From an uncultured Bacilli bacterium (GTDB lineage: Bacteria; Bacillota_I; Bacilli_A; RFN20; CAG-449), in NCBI GenBank assembly GCA_947632435.1, contig CANRPC010000001.1, forward strand, positions 75,986 to 139,985: a stretch of 64,000 bases of DNA, read 5' to 3'. Positions 28,464 to 36,411 of the stretch are shown here, one piece after another. Position 1 is the first letter of the stretch, and every line of letters starts with the position of its first letter. A program made the position numbers and the translations under genes. A model generated the notes under the pieces. That model worked only from the letters and a program-made list of their open reading frames with translations. It did no database searches and was not told the DNA's origin.

Positions 28464-31045
28464 ATGGATAAAAGGGCATTACAAACTTATGCTGAATGGG
28501 CTAAGAAAAACTTAGAAAATCAAATTGAAGTTTCACTAAAAACATTAGGAATTAATAGCGATAATGATATTAAACAAGCTAGAAAAGTTGGTGAATATAC
28601 GATTATAGATGGAGATTCTAATTCCTATTCAGCAGATTTATATGATAAGCGAAATGATATTACAAATTTGATTAAATCAGATGGTTACAAAAATGTTATT
28701 GAAGAGTTTGCGTATACTTGGTTTAACAGAATAATAGCACTTAGATTTATGGAAGTTCATGACTTTTTACCTCACGGATTTAGAGTGCTTTCTTCTAGAG
28801 ATGGTAGTTTTGAGCCTGAAATTCTTAAAAATCTTAATTATGTTAAAGATGATTTAAAGTTAGATATGAGTATTATAGCTAGTCTTAATTCTCAAGGTAA
28901 AATAGAAGAAGTTTATCGATATGTTTTATTTAAACAATGTAATGCATTATCTAAGATTTTACCTATGCTTTTCAGTAATGAAAGTGCATATTTAGAATTA
29001 CTTCTTCCAAAAGCATTATTAAAAGGTGACACAATAATTACTAAACTTTTAGAAATAGATGAAAATAGCTTTTTAGAAGATGTAGAAGTAATTGGTTGGT
29101 TATATCAATTTTATGTAGCAAATGATAGACAAGAATTTAGAGATGCCAAAGTAGTCACAAAAGATTTAATTCCAACATTAACACAAGTATTTACTCCAGA
29201 TTGGATTGTTCGATACATGACAGAAAATTCACTTGGTAGATTGTGGCTAGAAAGTTATCCTAATTCTTCAATAAAATCAGAAATGAAATATTATGTTGAA
29301 GATGCAAAACAAGAAGAAGATATTCAAAAGAAAATTAATGAAATTAAATACAAAAATGTAAATCCCGAAGACATTAAAGTTATTGAACCATGTTGTGGCT
29401 CGGGACATATTTTAGTGTATATTTTTGATTTATTATTTAAAATGTATGAAGAAAAGGGTTATCAACAAAGAGAAATTCCTTCTTTGATATTATCTAAGAA
29501 CATATATGGATTAGAAATTGATAAACGTGCTACACAGCTTGCCACATTTTCATTAATTATGAAAGCAAGAAAATTAAATAATAGGTTTTTTAATGAAAAA
29601 TATTATGTTGAACCAAATGTAATTGAAATTTATGATTCAAGATTCTTTTTGGACTTTGATTATAAATCACAAATGGTAAGTTTAAAATTATTTAGTGACG
29701 AAGAAATAAAAGCAACAACTGAACTTATTGAAACATTTAGGTATGCCAAAACAATTGGATCACTTTTAATTATGCCTAAGATTAATATTTCATTAGTTGA
29801 AAATGTAATTGAAAAATTAACTAATAAAGCTGTTAATACTATATTTAATAATAAATTTATTGCTAATGGTCCTAAATTTCTTTCAAAATTAATTAATCAA
29901 TATAAAATAATGGCTAATAAATATGATGTTATGATCACAAACCCACCATATCTTGGAATATCAAAAATGGAAGCAAATCCTAAACGATATTTATCAGCAA
30001 AATATCCTAATAGTAAATCAGATATGTTTGCAATGTTTATGGAAACACCATTTGTTAAGAAAAATGGATTTAGAGCTATGGTAAATCCTGATTCTTGGAT
30101 GTTTCTTGTTAGTTATGAAGAATTAAGAAAGCAAATTATATTTAATGAAAGCATAGTGAATATGATTCATTTAGGGCTTGGAGCTTTTGATGCAACTGTT
30201 CAAACGACTTCATTTGTTATACGTAACTCTGCAATTGCTGGAAATGGTGTTTATTTCCGCCTTGTTGATGAAAAAGATAAAGAAAAAGCATTTTTGTCGG
30301 GGGGGGGGGTATAACTGCTAAATTAATTACCTTTTATAAAATACCAGGTTGCATATTATCATATTGGATTTCTAAAAAAACCATTGATAACTTCTTAAAT
30401 AAAAAACTTGGCGATGTAATAGTTACACGTGAAGGAATGGCAACAGCAGATAATGATAAATTTTTAAGACTTTGGAGCGAAGTTGCATTCACTAAAATTT
30501 ATTTTTGTGCAACTGATTATATTAATGCATTATATACGGGATATAAGTGGTTTCCATATAATAAGGGCGGTGTATTTAGAAAATGGTATGGCAATAATGA
30601 ATATATTGTAAATTGGCAAAATGATGGATTTGATATAAAAAATAACAAAGATGAAAAAAGCAAAAAAATTAGAAGTCACAATTATAATGGCAAATATGGT
30701 TTTTTGGAAGGAATTACATGGAGTTCGCTTTCAACGGGGTCCTTTTCATTAAGATATTCTCCTAAAGGATTTTTGTTTGATTCGAAGGGAGCAAAAGGCT
30801 TTCCAAATAATTCGAACGAAATTTGGTTTATTATGGGGTTATTAAATTCTCAAGTTGCAAAACATTATCTATCGTTTATAGCTCCAACAATTGACTATAA
30901 AGTTGGTGATATTATTCAAATACCATTTATAAAAAACAAAGAAAATAAGGTTAACGAATACGTTAAAAAAAATATTCAAGTTGTAAAGAAAGATTGGGAT
31001 TCTTTTGAAACTTCATGGGATTTCAAAAAACACCCATTAATATAA
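28464..31045 (+). CDS. pglX: BREX PglX N6-adenine DNA methyltransferase (N-terminal domain, MTase core and first target-recognition module). It is interrupted by a frameshift in a G11 tract, giving ORFs 28464..30314 and 30311..31045.
   Basis: N-terminal YTWFNRIIALRFMEV (the conserved PglX start). SAM-binding EPCCGSGHIL and motif IV NPPY (MITNPPYLG). The protein continues without a stop in the -1 frame after the G-run (GGG ITAKLITFYKIPGCILSYWIS...). 9 or 12 G would restore the frame. Confidence 0.75.
30299..30309 (+). repeat. Poly-G homopolymeric tract (G11) within pglX. It is a candidate phase-variation switch, currently OFF.
   Basis: Eleven consecutive G located precisely at the pglX frameshift. 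G-tract phase variation of pglX is established for the Streptomyces Pgl system and other BREX loci. Confidence 0.8.
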
Positions 31046-31086
31046 GGAGCGCATTCCTCCTAAATGAATGCAAAGGAGGAAAAAAT

Positions 31087-31818
31087 ATGGAATCAAAACA
31101 TTTAAGATATGAGATAGCATCTACAAAATTTAATATGATACCTGGAAATCCTATTGCATATTGGATAAGTAATGCGTTTAGAAATATTTTTTCAATGGGA
31201 ATTCCTATCGAAAAAATAGGAGACGTTAGGACAGGGATATCAACTGGTAAAAATGATTTATATCTTCGTTTATGGTATGAGATATCTTGTAGTTCTATTA
31301 ATTTTTATCAAACTAATATTAATAAGATTAACTTAAATGAAAAAAAATACATTCCTTATAATAAAGGTGGTGATGCTAGAAAATGGTATGGCAATAATGA
31401 ATATGTAGTTAATTGGTCACAGCATGATAAATTTCATCGTAGCAGACCTAATTTTTCAGATATTTATTTAAAAAAAGGATTAACTTGGTCATTTGTTACT
31501 TCTGGCATGTTTTCATCAAGATATTATCCAAATGGTTTTTTATGGGATGTTGCTGGATCTCCTTGCGTTTTTAATGATGATAGCAGTTTATATTATATTT
31601 TAGGATTTCTATCTACTAAAATTGCTTCTAATATTTTAAAGTTAATTAATCCAACCCTTAATTGTCAAGTAATTGATATACAAAGAGTTCCTATAATTGA
31701 TACTGATAATGATAAGGATAAAGTTATAAATATCTCTATTATGTCAGTTAAAAAATCGAAAGATGATTGGGATTCTTTTGAAACTAGTTGGGATTTCAAA
31801 AAACATCCATTAATTTAA
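31087..31818 (+). CDS. Second, divergent copy of the PglX target-recognition module, encoded as a stand-alone ORF with a strong SD
   Basis: 244 aa from ATG 31087 (SD aaaggagg at 31072-31079). It is paralogous to residues after the G-tract in pglX: both contain AYWIS, LRLW, YNKGG..RKWYGNNEY.VNW, and end with the identical DWDSFETSWDFKKHPLI. The central regions are diverged. Confidence 0.6.
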   Translation: MESKHLRYEIASTKFNMIPGNPIAYWISNAFRNIFSMGIPIEKIGDVRTGISTGKNDLYLRLWYEISCSSINFYQTNINKINLNEKKYIPYNKGGDARKWYGNNEYVVNWSQHDKFHRSRPNFSDIYLKKGLTWSFVTSGMFSSRYYPNGFLWDVAGSPCVFNDDSSLYYILGFLSTKIASNILKLINPTLNCQVIDIQRVPIIDTDNDKDKVINISIMSVKKSKDDWDSFETSWDFKKHPLI

Positions 31819-31835
31819 AAGAATAGGAGTCATAT

Positions 31836-32894
31836 ATGGCAAACAAGAACAATAACAAAGAAGTCACAATACGAAGTTCTGCTGCAGAATATTTAACTTA
31901 TGTGGCATCGGTAGGAGAAGAAACGCAAAATATAGAGGTAAGGTATGAAGATGAAAATATATGGTTAACGCAAAAAATGTTGGGATTACTTTTTAATGTT
32001 GAACCCCATACGATTAATTATCATATTAAAAAAATATTTGCAGATAGTGAATTAAGTGAAGATTCAGTTACTCGAAATTTTCGAATAACTGCCAGTGATG
32101 GAAAAACTTATGAAACAAAGCATTATAATCTTCAAATGATTATCGCAATTGGTTTTAAAGTTAACTCTGAAAGAGCCGTTCAATTTCGTAAATGGGTAAA
32201 CCAAATTGCATCCGAATATACAATTAAAGGATGGGTTATGGATGATGAGCGATTGATTAGAGGAACTTATTTAACTGATAAGTATTTTGAAGAACAATTG
32301 GAAAGGGTTCGTGAAATACGTGCCTCTGAAAGAAAGTTTTACCAAAAAATAACCGATTTATATGCTACTGCAATTGATTACGATAAGGAAGCTTTAGCAA
32401 CAAGAAGATTTTATGCCACAGTTCAAAACAAAATGCATTATGCTATTCATGGCCATACAGCAGCAGAATTAATTGTAGAACGGGCAGATTCAAAAAAAGA
32501 ACATATGGGACTTACTACATGGAAAGATAGTCCTGATGGAAAGATTCAAAAATCAGATGTAATTATTGCTAAGAATTACTTAACTGAATTTGAACTTAGT
32601 CAACTAAATAGAATGGTAAATGCGTATTTGGATTTTGCCGAAAATATGGCTCAAAGAAAAATTCCACTTACAATGGAAGATTGGGAAAACCGGCTTAATT
32701 CATTTATTGAAATGTTTGAATATGGGCTTTTAAAAGATGCGGGCAAAGTTTCAAACGAAATTGCAAGACTTCACGCAGAAACAGAGTTTGAAAAATATAG
32801 AGTAATTCAAGATGCATTGTTTATGTCCGATTTTGATAAGTATGTGCTTGAATTGGAAGAACATATTAAAAAAAATAAAAACAATAAGAAGTAA
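31836..32894 (+). CDS. rhuM: RhuM-family (virulence-protein RhuM / Fic-DOC-associated) protein embedded within the pglX region
   Basis: YNLQMIIAIGFKVNSERAVQFRKWVNQIASEYTIKGWVMDDERL is highly characteristic of RhuM-family proteins, which are commonly inserted between hsdM and hsdS of type I R-M loci. RBS aggag 7 nt upstream. Confidence 0.75.
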   Translation: MANKNNNKEVTIRSSAAEYLTYVASVGEETQNIEVRYEDENIWLTQKMLGLLFNVEPHTINYHIKKIFADSELSEDSVTRNFRITASDGKTYETKHYNLQMIIAIGFKVNSERAVQFRKWVNQIASEYTIKGWVMDDERLIRGTYLTDKYFEEQLERVREIRASERKFYQKITDLYATAIDYDKEALATRRFYATVQNKMHYAIHGHTAAELIVERADSKKEHMGLTTWKDSPDGKIQKSDVIIAKNYLTEFELSQLNRMVNAYLDFAENMAQRKIPLTMEDWENRLNSFIEMFEYGLLKDAGKVSNEIARLHAETEFEKYRVIQDALFMSDFDKYVLELEEHIKKNKNNKK

Positions 32895-32906
32895 AGGAAC
32901 AATTTT

Positions 32907-33842
32907 ATGGGAAGATTAATAGCTGATAAATTTAAGCAATGGGAAGAAGAGTGTCAAGAAAGATTTAATACTTTAAAAGCCAACGAAGAAGAATTAAACA
33001 GAATTTTCATTGAAATATATGGACTTCAAGATGAACTAACACCTGAAGTTGCAGATAAAGATGTTACTGTTAGATTAGCAGATAGAGAAAGAGATATAAA
33101 GTCATTGATCTCCTATATGATTGGTTTAATTATGGGAAGATATTCCTTAGATGTTGAAGGACTAGCTTATGCTGGAGGCAAGTGGGATTCAAGTAAATAT
33201 ATCACATATAAACCTGATGATGAAGGAATTGTCCCTATATATTCTAAAATTGGTATGTCAGATAGTTTAACTGCAAGAATTATTGAACTTATTAAACATA
33301 TTTATGGTGAGGATACATATCGAGCAAATATAGACTTTATTGCTGAAACTCTAGGAAAAAAACAAAATGAATCATCTGAGGAAACATTAAACAGATATTT
33401 ATGTGATGATTTTTATAATGATCATTTAAAAATATATCAAAAAAGACCTATTTATTGGATGTTTTCAAGTGGTAAAAATAATGGATTTAAATGTCTTATT
33501 TATCTTCATAGATATAGTGAAGATACTCTTGCTATTATTAACTCTAAATATTTTTTAAATGAATCTGCAAGATTAAAAAGAGAAATTGAAGATCTTTTTA
33601 TTCAACTTGAAACCGCAGAAGGAAAAGATAAAATTCGTCTTGAAAAAGAAAAAAAATTAGTGGAAGCAAAATATAAAGAAATGATTGAATATGGACAAGT
33701 ATTAGACCATATGGCAAATCAATATATTCAATTGGATTTAGATGATGGTGTTAAAGTAAATTATGCAAAATTTCAAGGCATTGAAATAATAAATGATAGT
33801 GGTGCAAAAGTTAAAAAAGACTTATTAGTTCCAATAAAGTAA
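32907..33842 (+). CDS. pglX: C-terminal domain of PglX, encoded as a separate 311-aa ORF
   Basis: NRIFIEIYGLQDEL, KRPIYWMFSSGK and GFKCLIYLHRY resemble the conserved C-terminal region of BREX PglX / type IIG-like MTases. This is from memory and not searchable here. Size sum: 616 + ~245 + 311 = ~1170 aa, the normal PglX length. Confidence 0.55.
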   Translation: MGRLIADKFKQWEEECQERFNTLKANEEELNRIFIEIYGLQDELTPEVADKDVTVRLADRERDIKSLISYMIGLIMGRYSLDVEGLAYAGGKWDSSKYITYKPDDEGIVPIYSKIGMSDSLTARIIELIKHIYGEDTYRANIDFIAETLGKKQNESSEETLNRYLCDDFYNDHLKIYQKRPIYWMFSSGKNNGFKCLIYLHRYSEDTLAIINSKYFLNESARLKREIEDLFIQLETAEGKDKIRLEKEKKLVEAKYKEMIEYGQVLDHMANQYIQLDLDDGVKVNYAKFQGIEIINDSGAKVKKDLLVPIK

Positions 33843-33856
33843 GGAGGTCAAACTAA

Positions 33857-36397
33857 ATGGCAAATATAGATTATCAAGAAGCCAAAAAAGAAATAGATAA
33901 GATATTTGAAAATAATATTGGTGAAAGAAAAATTGTTTTTTGGTATGATGCTCCAAAAAATTTTGAAGAAGATATAAAATCAGATAATTTTGAAAAATGT
34001 AAGCTTCTTATTTGTGATAGAAATGAATTTGAAATCAAAAAAACAATTGAACACGATGATTTAGAATCTAATTTTTTGATTTATATCCCAAACGAAAAAC
34101 CAATTGATACTGAAAATTGGTTATTGGATATTCTTATGTATAGTGAAGAATATTATGCTGATACAGTTGCTTTAATAATGAGACGATTCAATCTTTCTAA
34201 TAATGATTTAAGAAAAGTCATTGAAAGTCATTCAAAGTTTTTTGATAGTGAAATTAGAAGCAAGAAACTTTCATCTTATATAAAAATTAATGATAATATG
34301 ACAAGAGATCAATTTAAGTTAGCTATGATGGCGGTTTTAACTAAATCAGATCTATGTTCTATAGAATCAATATTAGAAGAACTTGTATTTGATGATCATG
34401 AACATACAAAATACAATGAATTAAAGAAATTTAAATTTGAAAATTATCTATGGGACCAAATTTGTGAATATTTCAATTATGATGGCGATTTAAAAATTGA
34501 AATGCTTATTAAAAGATTTATATTTACTACTTTTTTAGAACAAATAGAAAATGATGATAAAGAATATTTCACGAAATTGCCATCATATTATGATCAATTT
34601 GTTATTAAGGAAAAAGGTGTAAATGATGCTAGATATTTTATAAATAAAATTAAAAATGATAAAAGGTATGAAAAACTTCAAAATAATCTTGCAGATGAAA
34701 TGAAAATTGAAGGTCTTATTTCTACAAAAGATTTAATGAGTATTCAAAGTGCGGATGTTTTTGAATGCTTTGACAATTTTATTATTGATAAGATTGCTAA
34801 TAGTTTACAAAGTGGTAGTTTAGATTATGAAACTTTTCAAAGAATTATTTATAATCGTATAAATTCAATTTGGTATGAAAAATATAAAAATAAATACAAT
34901 TTTTTATTATCAGTAATTAAATTTTTAAAGGAAATTGAAAAACCAATTAGTCTTGATTCTACAGTTAATGATTATATAATGCAATATACTAAGGAATACT
35001 ATAAAATTGACATGTTTTATAGACATGTTTGTGCAAGCTTCAAAAAAATTGATTCTACAGAAGTTTTTGAAAATTTGATTAATAGAATTGAATCTTTATA
35101 TCAAAATAACTTTTTAGATATTTTAGGAAAAAATTATAATGGTGCATTAAGTAGTCAAAAAGATTGGAATTTTATTGGTGTTAATATGACAAATGATTTC
35201 TATCAGTATATTCAAAAAAATCCTGCAAAAAAAATGTTTGTCATTATATCTGATGCTTTACGATATGAGATAGGATATGAAATATATGAACAAGTAAAAG
35301 CAGATCCAATATTAAAAGGTGGAGCAGAAATTAAATATGCAATTAGTCCATTACCTTCTGAAACTCGTCAAGGAATGGCATCTTTATTACCACACAAAAC
35401 GATTACATATAAAAATAAAGCTTTTTATGTAGATAATGATATGCCTACAAATTCTATTGATGCTAGAAATAATATTTTACAGGCAAAAAATAAAGGATAT
35501 TCAGCAATTAAATTTGATACGATTAATTCATTAACACAAAGTAAATTACGCCAATATATGCAAGATAAAACTTTAGTTTATATCTATCATGATGTTATCG
35601 ATAATGCAGGAGAAAATAAAGAAAATGCAGTATTTGATGTAGTTCAATCTGCAATTGATGACATTATTACTTTAGTAAAAAAGTTATATAATAATTTACA
35701 AATTTCAAATTTCTATATTACGGCAGATCATGGTTTTTTGTATAGAAGAAACGAAATTCATGAATCTAGTAAATATAGTAATATTGTTTCTTTAAAACCA
35801 ACAGAAGTTGCTAAACGTTACGTATTAACTGATGATGAAACATTATCAATTCCGTATACTACTGAATTTAATTTAATTAATTTATCAAATGGTAATATGA
35901 AAGCTATTACTCCAAATGGATATGATTTATTTAAAACACAAGGAGGAGGAATCCAATATGTTCATGGTGGTGCTTCCTTACAGGAAACAATTGTGCCTAT
36001 AATACATATTAGCGAATTAAGATCGAGTAAGTTAAAAGATAGTATTGGACCTGTTGGTGTAAGATTAAAGAGTATAACACGTAAAATAACAAATAGAAGT
36101 TTTACTTTAGAATTTGAACAATATGAAAAAGTAGAAGATAAAAAACAAGCTATAACATGTGAAACATTTATAATTGACGAATTTGGTAATAAAGTTACGA
36201 ATGAATATAAATTTGTAGCTAATTCAAATAGTGATGATTCTTCTACAAGAATTTCTAGAATTAGATTTACACTTAAAAATATTGAATTTGATAGGAACAG
36301 ACCTTATTTTATGATATTAAAAAATATAGATAAACCAGATGAATACATTGAGAAGGAACTTTTCACAATTGATATTATTGGATTTAAAATGTTTTAA
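33857..36397 (+). CDS. pglZ: BREX PglZ (alkaline-phosphatase-superfamily)
   Basis: 846 aa. N-terminal RKIVFWYDAPKNFEED. Central PglZ-domain motif MFVIISDALRYEIGYE. Confidence 0.85.
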   Translation: MANIDYQEAKKEIDKIFENNIGERKIVFWYDAPKNFEEDIKSDNFEKCKLLICDRNEFEIKKTIEHDDLESNFLIYIPNEKPIDTENWLLDILMYSEEYYADTVALIMRRFNLSNNDLRKVIESHSKFFDSEIRSKKLSSYIKINDNMTRDQFKLAMMAVLTKSDLCSIESILEELVFDDHEHTKYNELKKFKFENYLWDQICEYFNYDGDLKIEMLIKRFIFTTFLEQIENDDKEYFTKLPSYYDQFVIKEKGVNDARYFINKIKNDKRYEKLQNNLADEMKIEGLISTKDLMSIQSADVFECFDNFIIDKIANSLQSGSLDYETFQRIIYNRINSIWYEKYKNKYNFLLSVIKFLKEIEKPISLDSTVNDYIMQYTKEYYKIDMFYRHVCASFKKIDSTEVFENLINRIESLYQNNFLDILGKNYNGALSSQKDWNFIGVNMTNDFYQYIQKNPAKKMFVIISDALRYEIGYEIYEQVKADPILKGGAEIKYAISPLPSETRQGMASLLPHKTITYKNKAFYVDNDMPTNSIDARNNILQAKNKGYSAIKFDTINSLTQSKLRQYMQDKTLVYIYHDVIDNAGENKENAVFDVVQSAIDDIITLVKKLYNNLQISNFYITADHGFLYRRNEIHESSKYSNIVSLKPTEVAKRYVLTDDETLSIPYTTEFNLINLSNGNMKAITPNGYDLFKTQGGGIQYVHGGASLQETIVPIIHISELRSSKLKDSIGPVGVRLKSITRKITNRSFTLEFEQYEKVEDKKQAITCETFIIDEFGNKVTNEYKFVANSNSDDSSTRISRIRFTLKNIEFDRNRPYFMILKNIDKPDEYIEKELFTIDIIGFKMF

Positions 36398-36411
36398 GGG
36401 GGAAAACAAAT

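Noticed and set aside
20243-30309. Whether the two poly-G tracts are merely homopolymer sequencing or assembly errors
   Set aside because: Not rejected outright. It cannot be excluded without reads. They are retained as findings because both fall in classic contingency loci and G-runs of 10 or more are otherwise absent from this AT-rich window.
30437-31045. Independent 202-aa ORF starting at ATG 30437
   Set aside because: The frame is open and homologous upstream all the way to the G-tract. It is the continuation of pglX, not a separate gene.
30311-31818. Tandem TRD copies as an assembly collapse or duplication artifact
   Set aside because: The two copies are strongly diverged in their central regions and share only the flanks. 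An artifact would be near-identical.
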